Origin: Callorhinchus milii
Lineage: Eukaryota
Assembly: GCF_018977255.1 (NCBI RefSeq)
Contig: NW_024704742.1
Location: forward strand, 100,442,001 to 100,506,000
DNA: 64,000 bases
Reading direction: 5' to 3'
Shown here: positions 52,301 through 64,000 of the stretch, piece after piece
Layout of the letters: each line of letters starts with the position of its first letter
Position numbering within the stretch: position 1 is the stretch's first letter
Program-made: the position numbers and the translations under genes
The notes under the pieces: generated by a model
What the model was told of the DNA's origin: nothing
Database searches by the model: none
The model's input: only the letters and a program-made list of their open reading frames with translations

Positions 52301-52839
52301 TAGTTGGCCTAATTCACAATACAGAAGGAGTCTGAGAACAAACACAGTCTTTATTCAGTCACTACACGAAGTGAACCCTGAACAACCCCTAGATTATACC
52401 ATTGACTTTCAAGTTGAATTATCCTCTCATTTTTCTGTTTTTTCTGTTCATATGTACAAGATGAAATCTTATATATTTCAATGAATTTATTAATAATAGT
52501 AATACTTGTTTTTGTTATACTACTTATGTTGTCGAGATGCCTCAAAGTGCTTCACAGGATATAAAGTAGTTTTGACTGTTAATTTCAACAGCAACAACTT
52601 GCATTTTTGTAGTGTTTTTCACATTTTTCACGTTTTTCTCAGAATGCTTAAATTTCATCCATTTTCATCATATTTTAATATTTGAGTGAATCTAAGATAG
52701 CACAAACAACCATTAATTGTGTTCTGCTTTACCAACCTGATTTGCTAGAAATATGGAAATGACCTTTTTTTTTTTGTATCTCTTAGATTTTTCCAGTGAT
52801 GGCTTGTCAGATAAGCAAGACACTGTACCTCACCTAGAG

Positions 52840-53105
52840 TCCTTAGGTAAGTTTCCTTGCTGCACACACCTCTGTTTACCTAGCTGTAAATCGGAACCTG
52901 GCTGTTAGTCGATTAGGGTACTAATCCCTCCAAAAAAAATGTGGACATTCATTCCACGACTGTTTGTGGGACACTGCTGTGCACAATTGGCTGCCATGTT
53001 TGGCTCACAAGATACACACGCTTTACAATATATTCTGTGAAGCACTTTGATGCATCTCAATGATGTGATAAGGCACTATGTGAAATGCAAGGATTCTTAC
53101 TACTA
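52840..53105 (+). mobile_element. Older long-subfamily SINE, 5'-truncated
   Basis: aagtttccttgctgcacacacctctgtttacctagc...gactgtttgtgggacactgctgtgcacaattggctgcc...aaatgcaaggatt. Confidence 0.8.
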
Positions 53106-53626
53106 TATTTTAGATCTCACAGCAAGCATTGTGAGACCATTGCAGGAGCTGAGACCAGCGGGCCTATCAAGAGCTCGGGAAAATGGGCCCAACCAGAGAG
53201 CGAGTCCCAACATGGGACCAGTAGACCAGTGAGCAAGTGGGTGGGTGAGAGAGGGAAAGTTTGACCAGCAACTAAAGATATTGCACGTGCGCGAAGGGAC
53301 AGTTGCTATGCGAACAAGGTAACTTGTTTAGGCAAACGCATAGATTGCCTCACCTGTCACAAAGGTCATCAGCCGCCATTGCTTTCTACCCTATGTATGT
53401 ATGCCTGTTCGGGTGGCCATCAAAGATTCCCTAGCACTATTCAAAATGAAAGGAGTTTCTCCCGGTGGGCTGGCCAACAATGCCACAGTGTGAAAACAAA
53501 GATCATTCACCTCAAAGCTGTTTGTGGGACATTGCTGTGGGCAAATTGGGTGTTGCATTCTCCTCGAAACACACATTCACTACATTTGACAGAAGATCTC
53601 TGGAAGGCACTTTGAAATGTTTTCAT

Positions 53627-53949
53627 AATAATAATAATAATAATAATAATCCTTGCATTTGATATAGCGCTTTTCACGTCGGGAGGACGTCCCAAAGTGC
53701 TTCACAGAACACACTGTAAAGTGAATTGACTGTATATTTGTGGGCGAACGCGGCAGCCAATTGCGCACAGCAATGTCCCACAAACAGTCGTAGATTGAAA
53801 ATGACCAATTTATTATTGTTTTTGGTTTTGGAGGGATTATTATTAGGCGTGTGGAGTAAGGAAACTTGCCCAAGGTCTCGCCCTGCCTGGACTTGAACTC
53901 AGGTCTCTCACTTGCAAAGCGAGTGCTCTAACCACTGAGCTACAGGACT
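53627..53949 (-). mobile_element. Young tRNA-headed SINE, full length, inserted into the tail of an older plus-strand SINE (about 53395-53995)
   Basis: Reverse complement of 4861-5180. The host tail resumes after it as caaggcacaatgtcaaatgca. Confidence 0.92.
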
Positions 53950-54584
53950 TACAGGACAAGGCACAATGTCAAATGCACTGATTAATATTTATTATGTTAA
54001 AAGGTGTTTTTCGTGTACAGCTGGGGGCGTATCAGATGCACGCTCAAGTATAAATCATTACAGAGTACACAGTTTGGGTATACGCCACATTTATTCTGTG
54101 AAGCGCTTTGAGACATCTAGAAGATTCGACTCAACTCTATTTTGGGGTCCAGGGTGATTCAGTCCTATGTTTCGAGAAGGTTCCTTCCACAGTGACTTAC
54201 AGTCAAATAAACATTAGCTGAGGAAATGGCAGCAAAACATAACAGAACTTGTTTTGTTAATCCGCCTCATTTTCCCAAAGTGTTATTCTTGGGCAAAGTG
54301 AAACCACAGCAGTGAATCATTGGGGTGAAATGCATGACTGTGATTCAGCCCAAAAAAGGAAGAGACATTTCACTGCTGCACTGATGGGAACACAACTTTT
54401 TCCTCCAACCCCCCCCCCCCCCCCACCCCTCACCTCTCCCCCTCCCACCCCCCAAGTCGACCCCAAAAAAAAAGCATGAGATGATCTCCGAGGTGGAAAC
54501 GCAGTTGCGAACACATCCTTCCTCTGGTTGAGGGGGTGGGTGGAGCAGATTTCTGGGAGTTGTGCCATGTTTGTGCTGTTTTCC

Positions 54585-54912
54585 CTGTGTGGAGGCGGGG
54601 TCGGGGTTGGGTTGGGGTTGGACTGCCCTCACTGTGTGTGTGTGTGTGTGTAGTTGCTCTGCTCTGTGCTGCTCTGCTCTGCTGTGTATTGCTCTGCTCT
54701 GTGCTGCTGTGTGTTGCTGTGCTGCTCTGTGCTGCTCTGCTCTGTGCTGTGCTGCTGTGTGTTGCTCTGTGCTGTGCTGCTCTGTGCTGCGCTGGTGCTG
54801 TGCTACTCTGCTCTGTGTTGCTCTGTGCTGTGCTGCTGTGTGTTGCTCTGCTCTGTGCTGCTCTGCTCTGTGCTGTGAGATCAGTGCAGTACCTCCCGCT
54901 GCTGCAGCCAAC
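54585..54912 (+). promoter_or_regulatory. Probable PPIC proximal promoter / 5' UTR
   Basis: GC box GGAGGCGGGG at 54591-54600 in GC-rich DNA immediately upstream of the PPIC ATG. The TSS cannot be placed from sequence. Confidence 0.45.
54633..54876. repeat. (TG)n followed by a complex CTGTG/CTCTG/CTG repeat directly upstream of the PPIC ATG
   Basis: Direct reading. Confidence 0.95.
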
Positions 54913-55026
54913 ATGAGGACACAGCTGCTCTCCTTCCTGATCGCTGTGACATCCGCGGCTCTCTTTCCGGACACAGCCGTGTGCGCGGCGGCCGGGAAGA
55001 GGAGGGGGGCGAGGGTCACAGCAAAG
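54913..55026 (+). CDS. PPIC: PPIC (cyclophilin C) coding exon 1, signal peptide
   Basis: gccaacATG Kozak context. MRTQLLSFLIAVTSAALFPDTAVCAAAGKRRGARVTAK is a hydrophobic signal peptide ending in the PPIC-like VTAK. Donor AAG|GTGAGT; 114 nt, phase 0. Confidence 0.9.
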
Positions 55027-56809
55027 GTGAGTGTGCGCCTTCTGCCGCAGCCAAGAGAGGGGACAGGAGGGGAGGGGAGGGGAGAGGAGGGGAGCCCAGG
55101 GCACAGGGAGGCAGAGCAGGACAGCCCCCCCCCCCCTCCCCACCGCCTGCACTGCAGCCTCTGAGAGACTGACTGACACTCATCAATCATTATCCCGACT
55201 CCCAGTAACAGCTGCACCGCTTGTCCCCCTTCCCCCCCCATCCCACCCCACTTTGCCTCTCCTTTGGCTCTATTGCACTACCCTGAACCCCTCAGTGGGA
55301 GACAATCTTAGCCCTCCCCCTCCCTCTCCCCCTTTTATGTTTTAAGATCCTAAAAGTTTTGCGTGAGACGTGCGTAAAGGAGGGGAGCTCTGTCCAGCTC
55401 TCCTCCTCATCTGGTGTAATTATGTGGTGGTGTGACCCCTGATGTTTGCCACGTATTACTGTTTACTCTTAATCTTCATTTCCACTTGGATCAGAGGAAA
55501 CCTTTCTTGCTGTAACCAGGGGAAAGTATGACCAGAGCCAACAGGATTCAGCGACAGATTCGGGCCAGGTTTTGAATCTTTGAAGACTTGAGCCAAACTC
55601 CAGGTTGATTTTACAATTCGAGATTCAGGAGCGTGATTTAAACAACGTGCTCATTTGAACGTTTGAGAGAGGGGAAGAAAAGTGAGGAGCTTTTAAAGCA
55701 ACGAAAACTATTTTCACAGAACAGGTGTCCGGCGAGCAACTTTTTTCTTTTGCGTGGTACAATCACACACAGAAAAAGCTTCAAATCACAGAAATATGTC
55801 AGAATTGCTAAACTTACGCACCATGCCAGGGTGAAGCGGTGTGTTGTTACGCGTGTCCAAAGGTTTCCGAAATTAGGACTGCGCTCCTCCAATCCACAAA
55901 AACTTACATTTTGAGGATATGATGATCATTATCAGACTTGTATCACTTTCCATAATTCTGGTGCAATCTGAATCCAAGTGTGAGAGCTGAATAGGCTTCA
56001 GCAAGAGTGTTCGCCCACATAATACACATTCAATCCACCCTACAGTATTTATTCTATGAAGTGTATGAAACATCTCGACGAAGTGGTAAGGTGTTATAGC
56101 AAATGCAAGGATTATTATTACTATTACTAATCTTGGGAAAAAATTGCTTTGGCCTATTTTATCTCATTGCTTCAGAATATCAGTCCTATCGGCTGCCTAT
56201 TATAGCATCAACTGTTTTGTAAGTGAGTCCAGTAACCAATTCCAATGGTTGATAACCACCTGTGCAAAGAAACACTTCTTGGCGTCAGTCCTAAACTTGC
56301 CTTTCACACTTACCCTGAATTTGTTTACTTACTCTATTATGTTAAACATATTAAATACCTCCAATAATGTCCTCTCTCAGACACGTGCGCTCATCATTCC
56401 TCATAGCCGATCCCTCTAAAACAGGGTACCAGTCTTATTGCTCCCTTGCGCATCACTTCTAGGCCCAGGTGGTCTACTTTTGTTGCAGCACCCAGAGATG
56501 TATGTCATGTACAACATTCAGTTTGGCCAGAGTACTTTATGGCTTCAGTGTTTTTACAACCCCTCTGAGCAAACCTGTTAACCTAACTGGTCAGTCGTAT
56601 GCTAATTTGTGGTCTTTCTTCTCTAAATTTGATTATAGTTACGAGATTTCAATAGTTCTTAGATCATATATGGATAGAGCAGGATCTACTCCTTTTCTAT
56701 CATTCCTATTTTATGTGCCTCCAAAGTTCAAAGGAGATAACAGAATGTACCCTATGGGGATTGAAAGGGTTATGAATTACAATACAACATAGTACATAAT
56801 CCATGGAAT

Positions 56810-57113
56810 TAATAATAATAATACTTCCATTTGATATAGTGTCTTTCACTCCAGGAGGACATCCCGAAGTGTTTTACAGGATATACTGTAAAGTGCAGTG
56901 ACTGACTTGTGATTGAATCTGACAACCAACTGGCACACAGCAATAACCCACAAACATGAATGAAGTGATTGACCAATTTTTTTTATTTGGGCGATTGTTG
57001 AACAGGACACTAGGCAAAACTCCCTTTTCTTTTTGAATGGTGTTGTGGGATCTTTTAACACCCACCTAAACAAGATAAATGGAGCCTCAATTTAGTGTCT
57101 CATCTGAAGGATG
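56810..57113 (-). mobile_element. Old DeuSINE fragment
   Basis: Same structure as 5330-5612. Confidence 0.7.
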
Positions 57114-58437
57114 ATTAAAAGAACTGCTTATAGTTCTGACCTCTCCCAAGCTCTGCAGATTGAAAAAGTATGGCTGTTCAACCAGTTGGATGTGCATTTA
57201 GTGGTGAACAGTCTCCACAGACAAGCATGACCAATAATTATCAACTATGTGACTATTTTAAAGAAAGTGAACATGAACATTTTCATTATATATCAAATCT
57301 AGAGCAACATGGTCCAGTGGAGCTAATTATAGTTCTGAAATATTTTTGACATTTTGACCTGTACTTGTGGTATCTTTTTGATCTTTTTAAGTAGGATTTA
57401 GGAAAAATTCTACACTTCTTGACTTCATTAAACACACACTAATGCAACCACCCTTTCAAAACTTAGACAAGAAGTCTTCCAAAGCCCGCCACATAAAGAG
57501 TCAAGCAGAAATTATTAGTTGGTTAATTTTGAAGGGATCAAAGGATTTTTACAGATGTAGATGTTGGTTTCCAAATAATTGTGGTAGTGGTACTGAAGAG
57601 GAGGGTTTTGAGGGTCTTGAAGGAGGCAAGAAGGGAATGTGGGATGGAGTTTCATAGGGTGGGGGCAGAAAGATTGAAGGCCTGACCGTCGATGGTGGGG
57701 CGGGCTGGATGGGGGACATGGAACAGGCCATGAAGTAGTGAACAGAAAATGAATACTTGAAAAAATAATTGCATAAATAGAATGCACCTCACAGCTAGTG
57801 ATGTTTGGTGTTATAGGGCAGTGCAGATCACTCATGCCCGTGGAGTTATGCAGCTGGTGCAATATAGTGGTTTATTTCCTACAAACCACAGGATTTTTGT
57901 GTAACGAGATACAGTAAACTTCTGCCAACTTGTCACGCTGAGGGAAAAGGGCTCAGTGAGGAGCTATCCGGAGTCGCAAATTGGGCATCTGTATGAAATG
58001 CATAAATAAATGTGACCGAGATCTTGACAGCACGATGACTTAAGTGGTAGTAACAAGTTAAGCCTGGATCGAGTTATCAGTGGTTTACTGTACACGTTTT
58101 AGTTGTTTGTTTTACTTTGTCTTTTTACCTGAACATTTACAACCTTACAATCCGTGTATTAGGAATGTTTGGGAGTTTGTGAAGATTTGTTGTCCAACTC
58201 CCTTGATTCCCACCCTCACCTCAGATGTCAAGCCAGGACTGTTAAGCGCCATGGGATGTCCTCCTGATGTGAAAGGCACTATATAAATGTAAAATTCTAT
58301 TGAATTCTAGTGTCCCCTTCAGCTGCACATTAAAGCCATTATCTGTTGTATACTTATGTCACCTCCTGTTCAGTACACCAGCAGCAAAAAAATGTTTATT
58401 GAGCTTCTGCACTAATGGAAGTTTCCTTTGTTTCTAG

Positions 58438-58551
58438 GTATTCTTCGATATTCAAATCGGTGATAAAGATGTCGGAAGAATTATCATCGGTTTATTTGGT
58501 CGAGTTGTTCCAAAGACTGTAGAAAACTTTATTATTCTAGCAACTGGTGAG
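58438..58551 (+). CDS. PPIC: PPIC coding exon 2
   Basis: tttctAG acceptor; [38 protein letters not shown] is the cyclophilin N-terminal region; donor GAG|GTAAG; 114 nt. Confidence 0.96.
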
Positions 58552-60599
58552 GTAAGATGCTTTCCATTTCCCCTAATCTCTGTAATTCTGTTAATTATCT
58601 CGCTGTGGATCATTTAGCCAGCAGAAATTTGTAAAATGGTTGTAAATTATTTAAAAACATTTTTACACCTAGGTCCATTAAGTACCTCATGAGGTATGTG
58701 TTTTATGCTCCATGTGTAAATCATTTGTAAACCATGTGTACAGAGGGAATTATAGGCACCCTTAATTCCATAATAATCCAATGAAAATAATTGTTAATTA
58801 CATAATTAACAGTACCTGTAATTTCCTCTGTACAAATCCACTTACACATTCTTTACATAAGTCGCACTATACACATGTTAACACATGGTTTACCCATGAT
58901 GCACAATAGACCCCAGTGTCTCAAAATGGTACCAGTATACAATGTACATTTAAGTGAATATATTATGAGGTGCATCATAAGTGTTCTGTGAGTCGTGGTG
59001 TTGGACAAAGGGACCTGAGACTAAACACAACTGTATCCACTTGAAAGAAGAGTTATCCTGTAGAAGGTACTTTAATCTTGGGATTCTTTCGTGTGTCTCA
59101 TGGATAGGCTAGGATTACTGAATAATCTGTGAGGGAGGTAATCCTTCACCCTCTTTATATACATGTAGCCTCTGAGCTCTCTGATATTCCACTGCATTCT
59201 GTACAAATAATTAGGATGCTTGTGAACAGTTAATTTAAAGTTGTGTCTGAATAATATCTCTTAGACTTTATAGGGAGTTTATCTTTACATGGAGTGCCGT
59301 AGTGTAGTGAATAATGCACTCGCTTCGCAAGTTTAATACCCGGCCTGGGTGAAACCTTAGGCAAGTTTCCTTACTGCATATAGCTCTGTTTACCTAGCAG
59401 ACTGGAATATCAGCCTTGACTAATAATTCAAAAGTCCTGATTTTTTTTGAGGGTGGCGGGGTGGGGTGTAATGAATACTACCAAAAAAGGCAGTTTGACA
59501 AGCTGTATACAGGCGGAATTGTATATGTTTAAAATCCAAAGGCCTTACTTTGAGTCTTAGTTGAGTATGGTTACTAGGAATGGTATTTTATGGGTACTTG
59601 TGGAAAGTGTGAAAAATAATTTCTCATATTGTAGCTCTAGCCAAGGAATATGAAACAAAACTGGGAGATATGGTGAGAAGGTAGTTTGGTGGGGTTATGA
59701 TCAATTACAGCAAAAGAAACATGTTAGACCCGTAGAATTTTTTATGTTCCCAAAAATTCTTTGGTTCAGATTAATGGGGATATATTCCACCAGAGGTGTC
59801 TGGATTCACACTATTTTCTCAACATCTCAGAGTGCTATGAATTTGCTAAATTATTGACTTCAGTCTTTGATGCCACTTTTCTGTAGTTCTCAAAAGAACT
59901 TAAAACCGTTTAAAATTAAGTCTGTATTCAAGAATTTGTCAAATTCTGACAAACTCAGAAAATGCTAAAACAAAGAATGAATCTAAACACAAGTGGAATT
60001 TTTACCCGCAAATGTCTGAAGATAGTGGCATAAATCTTCATACAGTAAAATATTACACCATTCTTTGTGTGGTTAAAATATATTGTTTTGATAATCAGTC
60101 TATTTTTAGAAACATTTTGTTTAAGCATGTGTCCTTTAATGTTTCTTTTAAATGGATTCATTATTTGTTTTACATATTTTATTAATCAATGTCTCCATAT
60201 GTTTAACCTTCAGTATCATTTATTTTTCTACATGATTTTTTCCATCAGACAGTCTAATTTCGCCAGTATCAGATCTAATCGTATGTTCGAGTATCCAATA
60301 AATGGTTGACATTCCCAATTAGACTGGATCAAAAGGTGTCCAAACTGAACAGCCTGTCAATAAAATAAAAGTAAAGGTTACTGCAGTATTGATATTGTGC
60401 CACTAGATGTCTCTAGCACATTTAGTCAAACATTGTATCATGCTTACAAAGAAGGCTGAAGACACTTGTCTAAGGTCAGATCATTGTTGATACAACGTTC
60501 ATTCCCCTCTTTGTTTCCTCAAATCCGGTAATGATGAACTGAAAACTTCAAGTGAGAGACAGAAGGGAATGAAATTCATCTTAACTCTAAGTGTAGGTG

Positions 60600-60760
60600 C
60601 ATAGACATAGAAACAGGAGTAGGCTATTCAGCCCCTCGAGCCTGTTCCGCCATTTTATAAGATCATGGTTGATCTATACCTCAAGTCCAGTTACTCTCCC
60701 TTGCCCCGTATCCCTTAATACCCTGACCTAACAAATATTTATCTACCTCTATCTTGAAGG
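60600..60760 (-). mobile_element. CR1-like LINE 3' tail
   Basis: catagacatagaaacaggagtaggctattcagcccctcgagcctgttccgccatt...gatcatgg; matches 8642-8735. Confidence 0.72.
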
Positions 60761-60989
60761 AATTTAGCTCCTACCTCCATCTACATCCAGTAACTTTGGC
60801 AATGTAAGCTTATAGGGGAGACATTTCACCTGGATCTAGATTTGCACTATTTATGTAGAATTTCAGAGCCTTTAAAATTTGGCAAACTTTTAAATACAGC
60901 TTTAGTTTTTGACAGTTTCTGTATGTTTTATATTTTATTATATGTTTTATAAGAAAACAGACTTCAAATACTGAATACATTAATTTGCC

Positions 60990-61057
60990 AATTTTTTTAC
61001 ACTAAAATCTTAGTAAGTCTTTTTTGTAATTTTTTACACTAAAATCTTAGTAAGTCT
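60990..61057. repeat. About 30 bp direct duplication
   Basis: ttttttacactaaaatcttagtaagtct occurs twice with a short spacer. Confidence 0.9.
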
Positions 61058-62321
61058 AGACCCAGGTGGAATTCCTCCCCATCAATGGGGAACACATCTG
61101 AATAAGAGCAGATCCTCAAAACTGCTAAACTAGTTATTTTTTGGTCTGCTGGGCATTTGACACACGTGGAAACACATCACCTACAAGCAACCATGACTGG
61201 GAGTGCCACATATGAAAGCCACATACACATGGAAAATGATGTGTCTGGAATGGAATATGCATTCTCCCTAGTGGGACACATCCTTCTTACCTAATTCTGG
61301 AAAATATTAGGCGCAGGTTAGCAAGGGCCAAGGCTGGCCTCCTCCCCCAGAATATGCGTTGGAGTACTGTTGGAGTTTAACCAGCTAAAGTGTTTGCTAT
61401 TAGCAGCACTGCCTGGCAAGTTTCCTCCTGCTTGTCCAGCTAGGACCACCACCCATGCGGAACACACCACAAGCAGCCTAGATCCTCAAAGCAACAAAAT
61501 TTAGTGGAAGTGAAATTTCTCATCCCTAATATCCTTGACTATGTTGCTCAGTCTCCTTTTGGAAGATCAGAATGAAGATGATGGTGCGTGTCTCTGCAAA
61601 CCTCATTTCCATTGTAATGTACTTGAGGAGTGTGCATCATTTTCTACAGTAGTAAGCTAAATAAATAGTAGTCTAGGTTTACAACAGGGCAGTTATAAGG
61701 AAAACCCAACCCTATTTTCTTTACTAAATCAGTTGTCACAGGTGTTAATTAGCCTATTGGTACCAGTATGCTATAGGGGAAAACAACTTATACCTAAGCC
61801 TGTGGTTCTGTTATCATCTCAAATTGCTCCCAGCACTGCCTCACCCAGGAGTGATAGGGCTGAAAATGCTCTCTTCAGACACGTTTGGAAGGACAGAAAT
61901 CTACAATTTTACTGCTCTGTGTTTTTCAGTTTAAGTGGTCACAGGATGAAAATGTCCATCCGCATCATTTCACTTTACTGAAACCCTGGTGAAAATCCCC
62001 CAAAGAGCAGCTGCTCAATATATTCAAAACCTAGCATCACACTTCATTAGAGTTCCAGGGTTAATTTTGTTATCTTATTTTTAGATTTGTCTTGGTATCT
62101 GAGAAATGCAGAAAACCATCACTATGCTTGAAAATATCCAAAATAAATTAAGTGTTCCATGCATGCCATCTATGCATGAAAATTCCTGTGTTTGGAATGG
62201 AATGTGCACTCTCTCCCCAGAGGGATGCATCCTGCTTACCTCCTACCAGAGTATTAGGCACATGTTGGCAAGAGCTAAGGCTTGGGGACCTCAGATTGTG
62301 TATTGGGGTACTGCTTGAGTT

Positions 62322-62632
62322 TTTAATAATAATCGTTGCATTTGACATAGTGCGTTATCACGTCTTCGAGACGTCTCAAAGCACTTCACAGAATATACTA
62401 TAAACTGAATTGACTATATACTTTGTGGTCGAAATGCGGCATCCAATTGCACACAACAGCAGCGTCCCACAAACAGTCATGGATTGAGTGACCATATTCT
62501 TATTTTATTAAAAAGGGATTATTACCCCCAGTAAAGCGATCTGCCAGTTGACTAACAATCGGGTTCCTACTTATTGCTGGGTAAACAGAGGGGTGTGGAG
62601 TAAGCCTAACGTTTCGCCCTGCCCCGGAATGC
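62322..62632 (-). mobile_element. Older long-subfamily SINE
   Basis: Reverse-strand tail, core and the extra internal segment (ggtaaacagagg...gtggagtaag). Confidence 0.82.
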
Positions 62633-62882
62633 ATAGCGTCTCATTGAAAGCTGTCTGTCAAACTTCATATCATAAACATTGTTTAATATACAAACGCCTA
62701 TTGTATTATGACTGGTAGCTACAGCTCAAACATGCATTTAAAAAAAAATCTTTTCAGTATATATTGTATTTTGGACCCTGCGGATGTTCCACTCAAGCAA
62801 GATTCAGATCATTTCTAAAATTAAAGCAGTTACTTAAAAGATACCTTAGTGTTTGTAGTAACAAACATTCTTATTTTTCCAG

Positions 62883-62976
62883 AGAGGATTTGGTTACAAA
62901 GGGAGCAAGTTTCATCGTGTGATCAAGGATTTCTTAATACAGGGTGGAGATATTACAATTGGAGATGGGACAGGAG
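62883..62976 (+). CDS. PPIC: PPIC coding exon 3
   Basis: tttttccAG acceptor; [31 protein letters not shown](G) contains the cyclophilin signature FHRVI..F.IQGGD; GDIT favours PPIC over PPIB (GDFT); donor G|GTAAT; 94 nt, phase 1. Confidence 0.96.
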
Positions 62977-63463
62977 GTAATTATTGTCCATGAAGTTTAA
63001 TTGTTTTAAGTTACTGTAGGTAATAACAACATTAGTATTTGATATAGCGCCTTTTCACATTGTCGAGCCGGCTTAAAACACTTCACAGTAAAATTATGTG
63101 ACTGTTTATTTTGTGTGCGAACTTGGCATTTATATAGTGTGCTTCATGTAGGATAACTTCTCAAGAGGCTTTCAAAGACAGGGTTAGATGCTGAGCAAGA
63201 GAGGGAGGAAAGGGGAGGTGACCTTAGGCATGGTTGAAGAGGTAGGTTTTAAAGCGAGACTTAAAAACAGCGAGACAAGTAATGATGCGATACAAATTTA
63301 CATTTATGTAGCACCTTTCATGCAGGGAGGGCATCCCGAAGTGTTAATCTTGGCTTGTTAGTTATATATTTTTAGAGTTAGATTTCTCAAATGTCTGGCA
63401 CTAAAGTGCAATCGTGTCTCACCAATGCACCTGACACTTTGCACAATATTTTTGATATTCTAG

Positions 63464-63648
63464 GGAAAAGTATCTACGGCAAGACATTTCCAGATGAAAA
63501 CTTCAAGCTGAAACACTATGGAGTTGGCTGGATCAGCATGGCTAATGCAGGACCAGATACCAATGGTTCCCAATTTTTTATTACATTGATCAAACCAACC
63601 TGGCTCGATGGGAAGCATGTTGTGTTTGGAAAAGTTATTGCTGGAATG
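63464..63648 (+). CDS. PPIC: PPIC coding exon 4 (final exon lies outside the window)
   Basis: ttctAG acceptor; (G)[61 protein letters not shown]; donor ATG|GTAAC; 185 nt, in phase with exon 3. Confidence 0.96.
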
Positions 63649-63719
63649 GTAACTTGCATTTCTTTTTACATGACTGATTACAGTTTACAATTGTGTTCTC
63701 CAGAACAAATTTTATTTAA

Positions 63720-64000
63720 GTACAACAACAACTTGCATTTATGTAGCGAGGTTATCACACAAGGTAGTGTCTCGGAATACTTAACAGTGGTGGAGTTTGA
63801 AGCCAGGCCAGGGAGAGAGAGGAGGGGGCTTCAGGCACGGTAGAAGAGGAAGGTCTTTATTGGGATCTGAAGACTGACAAGGAGGGGGCAAGGTGGGGAG
63901 GTGCTTTGTACATGAGTGTGAGGATCTTGAAGTTAATCCATTCTGCAATAGGGAACCAGTTGAGCTTGACTAGAACTGGCTGGGGTGATGGGGGTGCCGA
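63720..64000 (-). mobile_element. L2 LINE 3' fragment running off the window
   Basis: caacaacaacttgcatttat tail; aggcacggtagaagaggaaggt; gaggatcttgaagttaatcc...gggaaccagt as in the other copies. Confidence 0.7.

Noticed and set aside
54345..55241. 298 aa and 249 aa minus-strand ORFs with AEQHR repeats
   Set aside because: Antisense reading of the repeat and the GC-rich PPIC exon 1; no independent coding evidence.
60565..60872. Possible MITE with GG..TGAAATTC termini interrupted by a CR1 tail (similar hint at 3405-3640)
   Set aside because: The putative terminal inverted repeats are too short and mismatched to support by eye.
63391..63843. 150 aa ORF as a complete intronless cyclophilin
   Set aside because: Only 63464-63648 is cyclophilin-like and it is bounded by AG/GT; the rest is intron read-through.

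Overview
Vertebrate nuclear genomic DNA. The repeat families point to a cartilaginous fish, most likely a chimaera such as elephant shark (inference). The window holds the 5' halves of two divergently transcribed spliced genes. PRDM6 (minus strand) has two coding exons, at 41625-42129 and 34135-34439, followed by a >34 kb intron that runs off the left edge. PPIC/cyclophilin C (plus strand) has four coding exons between 54913 and 63648; its last exon lies beyond the right edge. The rest is intronic or intergenic DNA containing tRNA-headed Deu-type SINEs, L2 and CR1 LINE fragments, microsatellites and candidate enhancers. A CpG-rich, nearly transposon-free domain covers about 36-50 kb around the PRDM6 promoter. 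I found no evidence of a prokaryote-type novel system (no CRISPR array or operon). The most unusual signals are SINE fragments that gained CpGs inside the PRDM6 domain, an unidentified three-copy dispersed repeat, a palindromic element in PPIC intron 2, a complex repeat abutting the PPIC start codon, and an M-to-L change in the PPIC active-site motif.
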